In this document: one piece after another, positions 12,801-22,766 of the stretch
Layout: every line of letters starts with the position of its first letter
Numbering within the stretch: the stretch's first letter is position 1
Virus record (IMG/VR): IMGVR_UViG_3300021959_000011
Location: 32,001 to 96,000 of that record
Direction: 5' to 3' (one strand)
Source of the DNA: a virus
Length of the DNA stretch: 64,000 bases
Translations under genes and position numbers: made by a program
The notes under the pieces: generated by a model
What the model was told of the DNA's origin: nothing
Seen by the model: the letters and a program-made list of their open reading frames with translations, nothing else
Database searches by the model: none

Positions 12801-13663
12801 TTTTGTTGAATTTTACCATTCTGAATAGAAATTAATTGAATAAAGTTTTTGGTATCAGAACCACCATACTCTCTTTTCTTAAACACAAGGGTCGTTTTAT
12901 ATCGATCTGCGCCTGGCGAATTATAGTTTTGTGTGCCTTGGGCGTTATCTAAAAGACTAGGATCGTCATTTGCACTAATCACTTGTTCTTGAATTTCTAA
13001 ACCAATTCTATATGATGGCGAATTTGTATACTTATCAAGAATAATTTTTTGATCTTGCACAACCACCATATGTTTTTGTACATAGTAAATACCACTTTCG
13101 ATAAACGCAATGGAACCCGTACCAATAGGTGTTTCTTCTACTGGTCTTACAATACAACTATAATCTGATTGATTTGTAGATGATATCGTTGTTAAAATTT
13201 CATTAGGTAAAAATGAAATACTATCTCCGTCCGCAAAACTGACTGATGACGGGTCTGATGGATTTGCACCAGTTGTATACTTTACATAAATTGTGTCGGG
13301 GTCATCTGTTGTTTCAGTGCCAGTTGCACCAACTGCGTGTACAATAATACCTTGTACACCAGAAATAGAACCAGTAACAGTTCTACCTATAAAATCTGTA
13401 GGACTGATATAGGAATTTGCACCATTTAAATCAATCTTTACATATGTTGCACTAATATCTACTGCAGATTGTCCAGGCACCACCATTGCACCTTCTTTGA
13501 AGAAATGGTCTGCCATGTTTGCAATTTGTTGTTGCAAAGTAGTTTGGATTTGAGTAAGTTCACGCGCCTGTACAGAATGGCCTGGCTTGAATAAAATTCT
13601 CAAATAGCCTGTATTTACATCATAATCATCGTAATACGGTGTTACATTAAAATTTGTAGCCAT
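6896..13663 (-). CDS. Large VrlC-like (DUF4815) baseplate/tail structural protein
   Basis: 2255 aa; begins MATNFNVTPYYDDYD...LFKPGHSVQARELTQIQ, contains PGADRYK, LARRTFDESGDY and YDPLAETI, ends PRVSDLRIVALA. Confidence 0.85.
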   Translation of the reverse strand: MATNFNVTPYYDDYDVNTGYLRILFKPGHSVQARELTQIQTTLQQQIANMADHFFKEGAMVVPGQSAVDISATYVKIDLNGANSYISPTDFIGRTVTGSISGVQGIIVHAVGATGTETTDDPDTIYVKYTTGANPSDPSSVSFADGDSISFLPNEILTTISSTNQSDYSCIVRPVEETPIGTGSIAFIESGIYYVQKHMVVVQDQKIILDKYTNSPSYRIGLEIQEQVISANDDPSLLDNAQGTQNYNSPGADRYKTTLVFKKREYGGSDTKNFIQLISIQNGKIQQKVRSTDYAVLEETLARRTFDESGDYTVSPFKLDIRALFNENSNRGVFTMKDFEFDTEVDAKNQAYDRFSEYSGMVDGVLDVGLAHTVGPIERAAYPDQDLDTTGEKFYPGRTHADLVYALQQNLSLGLEAGKAYVRGYEIETLATTFVDYKRSRDDIQKNNEYLTAKLGTYVYVTDNMTLPFINEEVLFTNLNTNGPDFVTIDDSFTVTTYAYSPEADFSDANNTLGHDVVATAKVKYVEHYKNAQVNDFLQGDWNGTNASVETGIWKVYLYDFKFQKNPLTTKDYTINDVRSLVSKEKVGTGALQTYRFTSNVLSDYSVIDQNQDFANKNILVSEYEDRKVRGIVYDFNATRSSALVKMLGSGNFTSDDAALLTPRQFKPNEILKEITFTSTGGTTNLFNSLANYRYIDNGARILNKQVIFDGDGSSIVDTYADYVKTVRFIDDVSGNETIDTSYTVQREINAQVINPDGGQPRVVIELSPNVAETFGTYNSDYYFLVKPPTDDANVGGIESIASEDVQISISGKTLTITNLSVASVGQSVKLFIPIIKTEAVEKQKRLIEDVVITPYSLINGVGNFTEVGKTFVSSPSSDTFEADILYTSLNASGDIPETFQDAQGYDLSLADLQLQHSDIHELKKIYDTCNVNTIAYQTNVDGTFKLIVEMTAEELLFALSAWNYYEETGADPFTDTTENAPFRQDILDLIESGGTPVPASGGVPSKIVDVTNRYTFDNGMRPGVLNLGNVTLKRGQSICAGRPIIVYSYFEHSAGDYASVDSYTHANSGLTYGEIGEFNSSRLSDVLDFRPATIYEANDGTTESKLRGYSKISTSGEYPLDNTYVICDYRQYLARKDKVFVDKIGNFKVKYGSSSLTPEYPEDPDDGMVLYRLQASPYTATVQDVKAEMVDNKRYTMRDIGALETRIKSLEYYTSLSLLEKETKDMQITDENGMDRFKNGFVVEPFTGHNIGDVFDPEYNCSIDSVSGQLRPRFAEKNTNMKFRYNDSSHYSDHDGVLLLPYEDVMVINQDKSSKTVNVNPFAIFTFRGSIKLTPASDEWRDVNRQPDLTINREGQFDNIQFLANEMGVLGTEWNNWQTAWTGTEVTGNTQFNDFMRGPGIRRVTGRNETIQTTNNQTRTGITTELVPRVTTENMGDRVVNTEIVPFIRERSIFFHGTRMKPNTKVYPFFDDVDVSEFCVAAQTHTVGSMTQSANNFINDNEQKWISEAGEMTLTGDTSGHQTNVFGLEYVDTNSVRFFVVDNMDNKNYTTLERMYLRDARGNSIRVGNYQSGEGVSVDNKVLKTNDLGQVRGIFNLPNTDNIRFRTGDRIFRLTDQPNNSDDTDTNAQTNYTAKGTIETRQQTILSTRTAEIVQRNISDTRTLQNTTTRRVVESDTGWYDPLAETILIEEDGGAYITSVDLFFSTKDEGIPVTLQLRETVNGYPGQKILPFGEKTLYPNQVQISDDGSLPTNFRFDCPVYVQDSTEYCIVVLADTQGYRCHVSRLGEEALDGSGIISEQPYAGVFFKSQNASTWTADQMEDLKFKVYRAKFDNSKKSTLYFANEDYDSLGSEENRILLGTDSMELTANSHIVTFHAIDHGCIGTDFHENHNYVQITGFKDNALFGGTDSTNSLSGAQLNGIHKVLSTTLDSFSIDMRNVKYNETTIDFNNKTYSAATGTNVMPATSGRFSPVGVDGFLPYLNSNIKYDLMMPIVQNVQLPGTNIQYKFKSISGASQDGDQIAGVKDSNWSTMVPNSNITFNAPRMISSRFNEQQFNSGNAINKKSLVYEIDMYSESDNLSPQVDTQRCSAILVSNRTNSPQWTSDVDANGIQTDTNLASGNIGHVYTGFVSELESTGGSVDATYITREIQLAQPSKSMKIVITANRPADTDIDLYYKTKSSDSLEYRKLPYTFIERPDGYGIPANSISDFREFEYDIRDIEEFIGFGVKIVLRSKNSSIVPRVSDLRIVALAT

Positions 13664-13694
13664 GTTTTCTCTCTTGTTCTAGATACTACTTAAA

Positions 13695-15389
13695 TTAGAA
13701 TTCAAAGACAACTTTAATATCTTCGATTTGGTCGACAGCACGCGAAACTGGTTGTCTGTTTTCTATGTATAATACTTTTCCAGTACCAGTATCGATATCA
13801 AAAATTGTCTGTCCTGCAGTACCATAATTAGGATGTTTTGGGCCTCTATAAGAAGTACCGTATGCAAGTTTATCTGTATATTCATCAACTGGATCACTTA
13901 AAATAACAATTTGTCTGAATACTGATCTATCTCCAGTTACAGGGAATACAGATTCTGTAACATTTGTTACACCATCTTCTGATCTTGTATCTTGTTCATC
14001 ATATTCTAGTTTGAGTGCAACCATCGCATAATAACCACCCAATTCTTCAACTGCGTTAAATCCATGTCCAGTTGTAGGCGAAATGATTGGTTTTGCTTTA
14101 CATGCAGACACACTAGATGATGATACATTTCCTGCCGAGACAGTTGCGGTTGCGTTAGTGTATCCTGTACCTTTATTGGTAATCATTACTTTTTTAATTT
14201 GGTCGCCCTGAGTAATTCCATATGCAGTAAATCCTGTACCATCACCATTAATTTCAACATCTGGTGCAATAACAATACTACCAGAACCACCCTCTCCCTC
14301 TAGAAATGCATTTTCAATTGTGATTGTTGCAACATTGGTAGAAGTATTAAAATTCCAATTACTAATTTTTCTTTGTACTGGAGTAGTCGCACCAGTTTTT
14401 GTAAATACTACTGCATAACCAGTATAATCATTTGTTGCGAGTGCAGTTGCAGTTCCAGATAAGGTTACTGCAAAACTTAAAGTGCCCTCTGCAACTGTTG
14501 AATTGGATTGATTAATATTTTGATAATATCCAGAACCACCAGCATGGCCACTATTTACATTATCATCAGTAATTTTAACCCAATCAATTCCACCAGAATT
14601 TGCGATTGCATTTTGTTTAATTTGCCACTGTACATAATCAGCAGTCGCGGCATTTGGTTCTGCAGTCAAAAACTTAACAGGTACATAATCCTTTGTCAAG
14701 AATTTTAATGATGCATCTAAATCTACAGAATACATATATTTCCATGCATAACCATCACCAGTTTCAATAATTGCATTTGTTGGTGTACCAGTTGGTTTTA
14801 CTGTAGATTTACCAGGCTGCACACCAACTGCAGCATCTTTCCAACTAGTATTATTGATACATTTATAAACATTGAACTGGTTGTTGCCTTCTGTCAAGAT
14901 ATATCCATTAGGAATAATTTCTTCTACGTTGTCATGTTCATACATTGTGTATTGGGTATCAGTATTCCAATCAATTCTAGGAATTGCAAGAGAGATTGTG
15001 TCTGCAGAAACTTTCTTGAGTGCCAATAGATCAGATTTTGTTGTATTATGATATCCGACAGAATCTTCTGGAGTTGGTGGATTACTGTCATCATCCCAAG
15101 ATGAATACTTACCAATACCCATGTAAAGATTGTTGAAAAGTGACCTGTTGTAGAATGCCCAAGAGACACCCCCATCAGTTACAATACCTGACAAATGAGT
15201 TGGTGGCACTGTACCAGAAACCCCACCACCATCTGGTCCTACTGCAACATACAAATTTGAATTGTGCAAAACAACATCACCCTCATTGTAGGAATTACTT
15301 TCTTTCCACAATGGTGATTGTTCATTAATAGATTCAATGAACTGCTGTGCATTGAAAATTCTAAGTTTGTTGGTAATAATAGCAGACAT
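13695..15389 (-). CDS. gp8: Baseplate wedge subunit
   Basis: MSAIITNKLRIFNA start, NVYKCINN, DGYAWKYMY, C-terminal EDIKVVFEF; follows gp7. Confidence 0.9.
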   Translation of the reverse strand: MSAIITNKLRIFNAQQFIESINEQSPLWKESNSYNEGDVVLHNSNLYVAVGPDGGGVSGTVPPTHLSGIVTDGGVSWAFYNRSLFNNLYMGIGKYSSWDDDSNPPTPEDSVGYHNTTKSDLLALKKVSADTISLAIPRIDWNTDTQYTMYEHDNVEEIIPNGYILTEGNNQFNVYKCINNTSWKDAAVGVQPGKSTVKPTGTPTNAIIETGDGYAWKYMYSVDLDASLKFLTKDYVPVKFLTAEPNAATADYVQWQIKQNAIANSGGIDWVKITDDNVNSGHAGGSGYYQNINQSNSTVAEGTLSFAVTLSGTATALATNDYTGYAVVFTKTGATTPVQRKISNWNFNTSTNVATITIENAFLEGEGGSGSIVIAPDVEINGDGTGFTAYGITQGDQIKKVMITNKGTGYTNATATVSAGNVSSSSVSACKAKPIISPTTGHGFNAVEELGGYYAMVALKLEYDEQDTRSEDGVTNVTESVFPVTGDRSVFRQIVILSDPVDEYTDKLAYGTSYRGPKHPNYGTAGQTIFDIDTGTGKVLYIENRQPVSRAVDQIEDIKVVFEF

Positions 15390-15451
15390 TTTTATAATAC
15401 CCTTTATAGATTAATTTTTTTTGTTTCTTTTATTTATAAGATTTTTTTGTG

Positions 15452-18400
15452 TCAAATCTGTTGCAACTCTTTTAATTCCGCAAAACTTGTAGGTTCAGTA
15501 GAATATTGTTGAATAATTGTTTCATGAGTGATGTTTGTGCGCGTATTATATTTGGTCATTACATCATCAATACTTTCTAAATATAGATTATTATCAACAC
15601 TTTGTGGTGTTTGATTAAATTTCATTCTTTCAATTGATGCGAAAGTCATACCAGATAATAAAGGTCCGTCGACTCCTGCAGTATCCTTAGATATAACTAA
15701 ATGTTTAGGCATCAGATTTACGTGTGCATCTAACACTGCGCGATAAGATTTGTCGTAACTTGCCATTATATTTTGTATTGTTTCTTGTTGCCAGTCATGA
15801 TCTGTACCATCAGTAACACCTAAATACTGATTATTTCCATATGTTGGAACCATTCCAAAGGTATTATCTCCATTTGGATTTTGCATAATAGTATGTTGAG
15901 TACCCTTCATATTAATATTATTGAATTCTCCATCAAATCCATAGTAGTCCAAATATGGAGAACCCTGTGCCTCTTCATACGGACTAAATCTATATCTAAC
16001 AAGATTATCAAATGGGAATATTGCAGAAAAATTAAATTTGAACCTTTCCAGTGATTTATAAGTACTACCACTATCTGGCAATTCCTTTGGTTGAATTTTC
16101 ACAATAAACTTTTCATCTCTTGGATTCGCGCCGTCTCTGATTGAACCAATCCAAGAACTATTTACTCTTTCAACATTACCCCTAGTTTTCTTATCCCATC
16201 TAAACTCTATATTATTTAGTGGACTTTCATTGGGTAAATTTAGATAACTATTTTCTAAAACAACTCCAAACATAATAGTATTGTTCACACTATCTTCCAC
16301 TGCACTAATAATTTTATATTTTGCCCAAGGCCTTGTAGATTTCCATTCATCATCTACAATATTTTTTTCAGATATATTGTAGATTGTAAATGTTCTTTCT
16401 AATATTTCACCACCATAAAAAAATGAATAATCCTTACCAGAACCATCTAACTGATTTAATCCAACATATTTAACTTCGTTCCAAGTGGTTGCGTTTGTAA
16501 ACCCATCTCCTAATAGGACATATCTGCCAGAACCAGTATCTACTGACTGTCCAGCTGGAGTATCATCACCTACTCCATATAATTCATTCATTGCAGATTG
16601 TCTATTGTTGTATACAATAGTATAACCATGTGACATGATATCATTAGAGTTTTGGGGATCTGTGTCTTGTCCTGTCCATACACCCAACCCATCCATGTTT
16701 TTAACTGTGACATCAACATTCTTGATAATCTCATAGAACAAGAATAGGTATGCATCTTTCAGTCTTTTACCTTCGACTTTGGATAGTAGTGTTAATTCAC
16801 CAAACATCATCATACCAGCTGGGTGGATAACTTTTTTAACAATATCTCTCCACTCATCAATAACTCTACCAACTTGAATTACATAGGAATAATCCTGCCA
16901 TAGATAACTATCATGTATTCTATTATTATCCGATAAGAAACCTTGGTCTGAAACAAAAGAACCATCACGCACACATAAAGGTCCAGTTATGGGAACAACA
17001 ACTGCAGTACCATCTCCTAATCCTGTTAAATCTAGTGTTGGTGGAGTGACATATCCAATTCCAAATCCATCATATGCATCATTTGGGTCATTTTGAGTAA
17101 TTTTAATATCTTTAATTCCACCAATAGTATCTCCTTTTGCAAGTAAAGTTGCACCAAGACCCTGAGAAACATAACTACCAGTTTGTTCTGAAACAAATGT
17201 TGATGGTGGAATGATATACCCAAATCCACCTGTCATTAAGTCAACTCTTTTTACACCACCCCTAGGCATCTCTGTCCAATTAATTGTAACACTATAATAA
17301 TCTGGAATTGGTACAGGACGCAAAGATTTTAAATCATCACCAGAACGTATGGTTAAATCGTCTACAAAACCAGTAGTATCACTCAAAAGTCCAGTGATAG
17401 AATCCCATGTTTCTGGTTTCCCGCCCGTATCATAAATTTCTTCCATAATAGTAAGTTTATTATTTGCAATTGCATAATAATATTTTGCATTACTATTTTT
17501 AGTATTCTCTGCATTAACTGCAATGTTTGATTTTTCGATGGGGTCAAGTTCCCATTCATATAAAGTTTCTACATTGGAGTTAGCGGCATCCAAGAAAGTT
17601 GTATATCTGTTTCCTTTAGTAATTCTAAATGAGTCAAAATATGCAGCGATATAATCCCCCATATCAAGTTCACCAAATACTCTAAATTCCGTATCTTCCC
17701 ATGCAGCGCCACCCTGACTATGGTTACAATATCCATAAGGAGATAAACCAGCAAAAACATTTCCCCAAGAATAATCAGAAAGTTTGAATGTATGTTCTGT
17801 TGTTGGGTCTAAATCTGCATCTGTATGCGTTGCATTTGTAGTAAATTGGGAGACACTTACAGTAAATACATCTCCAACATCCCTAGTAACTTTGATTCTT
17901 GATTTGTTGCCTTGCCAATCACCGGCAAGACCAGGCGCCAATGAGTTTCCATCAAATACTAATTCCGCATCTGATTGCAAATGGTTATACCAAATTTGAT
18001 AACCGCCACCCGACAACGTACCTTGCATCGATCTTAATACTGATAAACTATGTTCTTTTCCTGTATCTGGGTCTTTGTAAAATCCTATCAATGCACCAAT
18101 TGTGTCATTATCACCACCAGAGGCCGTAACGGTTACTCCAAAGTCATATTGCGAATAACCAGAAGGAGAGTAAAATCCTGTTAACCGCGCCAAGTTTGTT
18201 GTACACTCAATTCTATCTAAACTTGAATTATATGTGAATGCATTCAAATCACTTGCATCTGCTGGAAAATTATTTGAACTATCGTGAGAAAATCTCCCCC
18301 AAGTATCAAAAATTTGTTGTCTTGTTGGTGGTGGATCATCTGACCCTAAACCAGCATCACTGTCTGCAGCAATAAACAATCTGTCAGTAGATTCAATATC

Positions 18401-20419
18401 TGCACAATCCACAGAAAGTGCATTAAGGACAAGGGCCCCATTTAAATAAATTTTTGTGCCACTACCCACAACTGAATGTACTGCAATATGATTCCACGCA
18501 CTATAACTAATTGGTAAAACAACACTTGCCACCTCACTATCTTTATTCTGGATAATAATAGTGTTATCTGGTTTTTGCCACAATGTGAATGCATTATACG
18601 TACCATCTGATGCACCAATAGAGAATAATGCAGAACCCCTAGAATTATCAGTGTCTAAAGTAACTGGTAAATACCAAAAATCAACGATCAATTCATCTTC
18701 GCCTGCGATTTCAATCGCTGCGTCTTTAACTTCTACAAACCCATTTGTAAACAAGGTACTTTCATTACCAAAAAGTGGCCCTGCCAATGGAGTTTCTAGT
18801 TTTGCATTTGTTCTTAATGTCTGTAAACTATTTTTATATTCTTTATAGTTTCTACTATCAGTCATTGTTTCAAAGTCTAATAGAGTTGTTACATTATCAA
18901 AATAATTATCAATATTTCTAACATCTACAACTTCGTTTCTAGAAGATCCTGTAGTAAAAGTTTCTCCCCCATCTGAGAAATCCCAATAATAATTTGGATA
19001 AGTATCATTCGATTCGTGTTGTACCCAAGTGATATTTTTATCTTCTGTTACACCAGTTACTTTAGTAACAGTACCAATTGCACCACTACCAAAAGTTCCT
19101 TCGCCTTCAAAAATTACTTCTTCACCAGTAATATAATTATCACCTTCGTTTACAATTTCGATTGAGTCAACTTGTCCATCTGTGGTGTTTGTTATTCTTG
19201 CACCGAAACCTGTACCACTGCCGGCAGATGATATAAAAGAATTTAAGTACATATTTCTGGGATAATTTCTGCCTGGGTTTTGAATGTCAAAACCAGTAAC
19301 ACATGTCCACAATTTTTCTTTGAATGTTACACCATTTTCATTTTCAATGAATACATTTTCTTGATCTTGAAATTCACCAAAAATACTACTAATAAAATAT
19401 TCTCTCACCGCATTATTAGATAGAGAGTATTCTTGATATCTCTCTACTGTCGCAAAGGCTTTACTAGTTTCTCCAACAACTCTTATTGGATTTGTAAGTG
19501 CATTCGTGCTAGGTTGAGTTCTAATACTTGTTTCCGCCGTCCATTCATTATTACTTACCTTAAAAACATTTTCTTTTGGATAGTAGAATGAAATATCTTC
19601 GTTGAAAAAAGTTCTGAATAAAAATTCATATGATTTTTCTGAACCTTTTGCAAGATAAAACTCTTTCATAAGTTTCAGAAATTGTTTTTTGTTTGTAAAT
19701 TTAGTTTTCTTAATATCAGATTTATTATTGCCGGTGGATGCATTTGTGGTTTTAAGTCTATATAGAACTCTGATTGCAACTTGATCCGTAGGTGCAACAA
19801 TTTGACCTGTATTTTTATCGTAGAATATAATTCTATCTTCTGATACAATATAGTCTTCGTCTTTAACTAATTCTACAAAATCATCTGGAAAAGTTAGGTT
19901 TGCAAATACTTGCGAAGGAGTTTCACTACTTCTTGTAATTAATGATTCATCTGTGTATTGTCCAGTAGTTGGATTTACATAAACTTTAAAATCTACAACT
20001 CTGGTTGTTACAGTTTTTCCTTCGTAGAAAGAAGGCTCTCTATAAGAGATTGAAAATTCCGAACTAACACCATTACCCAAGAAATCATCAGATTCAAATC
20101 TTTCATTCTCCAACGGAGACACACCAAAAATTCCAGATAATTCTGAATTAATTTGATTTTTATTTTTGACCTGAACTGTATTTGGAAATGCTTCTGCAAG
20201 TAGGTGCTTAAATTCATCTACAAAAATATCTAGAGTGTTATCCAAATCCGAATAATCTAATATTTCTGCACCAACATCAAGAGTATTTGTTTCTTGAGAC
20301 ATCCATTCATAATACAACTCTAAAAATTTTACAAAATTATCATAATCATTCTGTTGTAAATAGAATGGTAGTTCAGAACGAACCTGAGATGCTAAATCTT
20401 TATAGTTACTATTATCCAT
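15452..20419 (-). CDS. gp7: Baseplate wedge initiator with inserted LamG/lectin-like domains
   Basis: FVKFLELYYEW, KEFYLAKGSEKSYEFLFR, IHDSYLWQDYSYVI, KVIHPAGM; synteny between gp6 and gp8. Confidence 0.85.
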   Translation of the reverse strand: MDNSNYKDLASQVRSELPFYLQQNDYDNFVKFLELYYEWMSQETNTLDVGAEILDYSDLDNTLDIFVDEFKHLLAEAFPNTVQVKNKNQINSELSGIFGVSPLENERFESDDFLGNGVSSEFSISYREPSFYEGKTVTTRVVDFKVYVNPTTGQYTDESLITRSSETPSQVFANLTFPDDFVELVKDEDYIVSEDRIIFYDKNTGQIVAPTDQVAIRVLYRLKTTNASTGNNKSDIKKTKFTNKKQFLKLMKEFYLAKGSEKSYEFLFRTFFNEDISFYYPKENVFKVSNNEWTAETSIRTQPSTNALTNPIRVVGETSKAFATVERYQEYSLSNNAVREYFISSIFGEFQDQENVFIENENGVTFKEKLWTCVTGFDIQNPGRNYPRNMYLNSFISSAGSGTGFGARITNTTDGQVDSIEIVNEGDNYITGEEVIFEGEGTFGSGAIGTVTKVTGVTEDKNITWVQHESNDTYPNYYWDFSDGGETFTTGSSRNEVVDVRNIDNYFDNVTTLLDFETMTDSRNYKEYKNSLQTLRTNAKLETPLAGPLFGNESTLFTNGFVEVKDAAIEIAGEDELIVDFWYLPVTLDTDNSRGSALFSIGASDGTYNAFTLWQKPDNTIIIQNKDSEVASVVLPISYSAWNHIAVHSVVGSGTKIYLNGALVLNALSVDCADIESTDRLFIAADSDAGLGSDDPPPTRQQIFDTWGRFSHDSSNNFPADASDLNAFTYNSSLDRIECTTNLARLTGFYSPSGYSQYDFGVTVTASGGDNDTIGALIGFYKDPDTGKEHSLSVLRSMQGTLSGGGYQIWYNHLQSDAELVFDGNSLAPGLAGDWQGNKSRIKVTRDVGDVFTVSVSQFTTNATHTDADLDPTTEHTFKLSDYSWGNVFAGLSPYGYCNHSQGGAAWEDTEFRVFGELDMGDYIAAYFDSFRITKGNRYTTFLDAANSNVETLYEWELDPIEKSNIAVNAENTKNSNAKYYYAIANNKLTIMEEIYDTGGKPETWDSITGLLSDTTGFVDDLTIRSGDDLKSLRPVPIPDYYSVTINWTEMPRGGVKRVDLMTGGFGYIIPPSTFVSEQTGSYVSQGLGATLLAKGDTIGGIKDIKITQNDPNDAYDGFGIGYVTPPTLDLTGLGDGTAVVVPITGPLCVRDGSFVSDQGFLSDNNRIHDSYLWQDYSYVIQVGRVIDEWRDIVKKVIHPAGMMMFGELTLLSKVEGKRLKDAYLFLFYEIIKNVDVTVKNMDGLGVWTGQDTDPQNSNDIMSHGYTIVYNNRQSAMNELYGVGDDTPAGQSVDTGSGRYVLLGDGFTNATTWNEVKYVGLNQLDGSGKDYSFFYGGEILERTFTIYNISEKNIVDDEWKSTRPWAKYKIISAVEDSVNNTIMFGVVLENSYLNLPNESPLNNIEFRWDKKTRGNVERVNSSWIGSIRDGANPRDEKFIVKIQPKELPDSGSTYKSLERFKFNFSAIFPFDNLVRYRFSPYEEAQGSPYLDYYGFDGEFNNINMKGTQHTIMQNPNGDNTFGMVPTYGNNQYLGVTDGTDHDWQQETIQNIMASYDKSYRAVLDAHVNLMPKHLVISKDTAGVDGPLLSGMTFASIERMKFNQTPQSVDNNLYLESIDDVMTKYNTRTNITHETIIQQYSTEPTSFAELKELQQI

Positions 20420-20423
20420 GTAT

Positions 20424-22304
20424 CTATCTTCTTATAATTTGTACGTTTTGTGTAGTAATATCGTAATTATTATTATATTCGTCTGAATCTGCATCCATTG
20501 TAATAGTAACATCATTAGGATCGATTAATAGAATTTGATTTCTTTTTGGAAAAATGTCAAAAGACACTGGTTCGGCCTCCATTCGGAAGTTATTATTAGT
20601 GCCACTTTCAACATTTTCAATTATAATATCTTGTACCGTAACTAATCCTGTGTTATAATCGATAGTTCCTTTAATATTATTAGTATAAATCTTTTTATTA
20701 TTTAAATCAAATGAATAAAAATTAAGATTACCATCGTAAGTATCGGTTTCTTCTACATACCAATAATTTTGAGATCCAGAAACTTGTACCCCAATAGATT
20801 TTAAAGTACCTTTCTTGATTTGATTATTAAATCCGAATTGATACTGTGCGGCTCCGCCTAATAAAATTACTTTTTCATTAATCATATTTATCTTGGTGAC
20901 GTTGTTTGTAATCGAACGATCTGTCATGTCAATTTGATGAACTAAATTTGAATATCTAAAATAACTATCAAATTCATTTAAATTTTTTGCACTAAAGTCT
21001 TTAATAGTAGTTAATACTTTTTCTTTAAGTTCGTCTGCAGTAAATATTGTAGATTCATTATCCCATTTTATTTCTGTATTAATTCTAATTCTTGTGTATT
21101 CGGGATCAACAATATCTGGGAGAATAGATACGATAGAATATTCTTTTCTTAATGTACTTTTAATAGTTTCCTTCTCAAAATCCGATAAAAAATATCCATT
21201 GTTAGGCCTAATTGCCATGAAAACTCTGCCAAATATTTGTGGTACGTTATCTTCTCCACCCCAAACATTTACTGATGATGCGGATGGATATATTTGCGGT
21301 ATAATCGCCTTATAATCTCTAATAGTAACTGCACGACCTTGTCCTTCAAAATTTCTTGGTGCATTAAATTTTATTGAAGAAATATCTTCTCTGTTTGCCC
21401 CACCATTTGCAACACCTGTTACAGACAAATTACTTACTCTAAACAAATCTCTATCTGCATTTGCTCCAATAGTAAATTGTGCAATCCCATTTGCTTCCGG
21501 GCCTGTTGTAACTAAATATTTTACAATTAAGACATTTCCTGATAACAATTCACTCCCCAAGACACCATCACCAAAAAATAATTCCCAACCATTTTTTGAT
21601 TCTTGTATAAAATATACTTCGTCTGTACTTTGTAGTCTTAAATTATCTGTAGATTTTTTATATTCTATTAATGCATCATCTTCGGCATCGGGTTGTACAA
21701 ATACTTTTAACGTGTCAATATCTGCCATTTCGTTAGACAGATAGAATCTTTGGTTTGGATTTGTGTTATCTACTACAAATTCTTCTTGTACTTCGATGCC
21801 TTGGATTAATTCTAGATCGTCAATTTTATATACATTTGTGTAAGTACCATTATCGTTTTGAATGGAAGTACTCTTTTCAACAATTCTAGTGATTGTTGGT
21901 ACAAAACTATAGGATTTTCCGTTATAGTTTGTTGTAAACTGAAGTCCACGATTGATTTTAATTGTATCATATACATCTGCCGATGCATAAGAATTTTGAT
22001 CTAAAAGTTCTAAACTAACCTGTGCCTTGGCTGCCTTTGCACTTCTTGGTGTATAGTTTAAAAGTTTTGCCTTTGATACAACATTTTCTCTAATTCTTGC
22101 AGTATCCAAGAACATTTCATTTGTCAACATATTCATATAGAAAGAATTATGATGTGTGTTTACTGCGAGAATATCGATAAGTGTATTAAGTCCAGATGCC
22201 TCAAAATCGTAATCTTTGAAGGTTTCATCTTTTTTCATATATGAGATAATATTAGATTTAATATTTTTTAAATCTAATTCTGTAATTTCTATAGTCTTTG
22301 CCAT
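20424..22304 (-). CDS. gp6: Baseplate wedge subunit
   Basis: FKDYDFEASGL, NEMFLDTA, ELFFGDGVLG, QGRAVTIRDY, VWGGEDN motifs. Confidence 0.95.
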   Translation of the reverse strand: MAKTIEITELDLKNIKSNIISYMKKDETFKDYDFEASGLNTLIDILAVNTHHNSFYMNMLTNEMFLDTARIRENVVSKAKLLNYTPRSAKAAKAQVSLELLDQNSYASADVYDTIKINRGLQFTTNYNGKSYSFVPTITRIVEKSTSIQNDNGTYTNVYKIDDLELIQGIEVQEEFVVDNTNPNQRFYLSNEMADIDTLKVFVQPDAEDDALIEYKKSTDNLRLQSTDEVYFIQESKNGWELFFGDGVLGSELLSGNVLIVKYLVTTGPEANGIAQFTIGANADRDLFRVSNLSVTGVANGGANREDISSIKFNAPRNFEGQGRAVTIRDYKAIIPQIYPSASSVNVWGGEDNVPQIFGRVFMAIRPNNGYFLSDFEKETIKSTLRKEYSIVSILPDIVDPEYTRIRINTEIKWDNESTIFTADELKEKVLTTIKDFSAKNLNEFDSYFRYSNLVHQIDMTDRSITNNVTKINMINEKVILLGGAAQYQFGFNNQIKKGTLKSIGVQVSGSQNYWYVEETDTYDGNLNFYSFDLNNKKIYTNNIKGTIDYNTGLVTVQDIIIENVESGTNNNFRMEAEPVSFDIFPKRNQILLIDPNDVTITMDADSDEYNNNYDITTQNVQIIRR

Positions 22305-22757
22305 TTATCGAACTCTCTCTATTGCAAATTGGGTTGTGATTTCCCCGTCCATTGCCGGTAGTGTATATACAATTGTAATAATAATATTATTTTCATCATT
22401 AAAATCGGATTCAACATTCACATCCAAAACAATAATTCGTGTTTCACTGGATTTTAGTATATCTTCAATATCCTTACCCATATTTATCAAACTTATTGGG
22501 TCTGCTGGCTCAAATAAAGATTTGTAGAGATTTCCACCAAAGTTTGGTTTAAATGGTCTATCAAAAAAATTTGTTAATAGATTATTCTTCAAAGATTGAT
22601 TAATTGCCGAAATATCTTTTTTTACTGTAATATCCTTAGTAACAGGATTCAGTTGCATTTTTAAATCAATATCAACAAATTGATTTTTTTTGGAATCTAA
22701 TATTCCTAATCTATCTTCTTTTACATCCTCAAAACTGGTTGTTACAACTTCTGCCAT
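22305..22757 (-). CDS. gp25: Baseplate wedge subunit
   Basis: AINQSLKNNLLTNFFDRPFKPNFGGNL motif; lies between gp5 and gp6. Confidence 0.9.
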   Translation of the reverse strand: MAEVVTTSFEDVKEDRLGILDSKKNQFVDIDLKMQLNPVTKDITVKKDISAINQSLKNNLLTNFFDRPFKPNFGGNLYKSLFEPADPISLINMGKDIEDILKSSETRIIVLDVNVESDFNDENNIIITIVYTLPAMDGEITTQFAIERVR

Positions 22758-22766
22758 TTTCTACCC

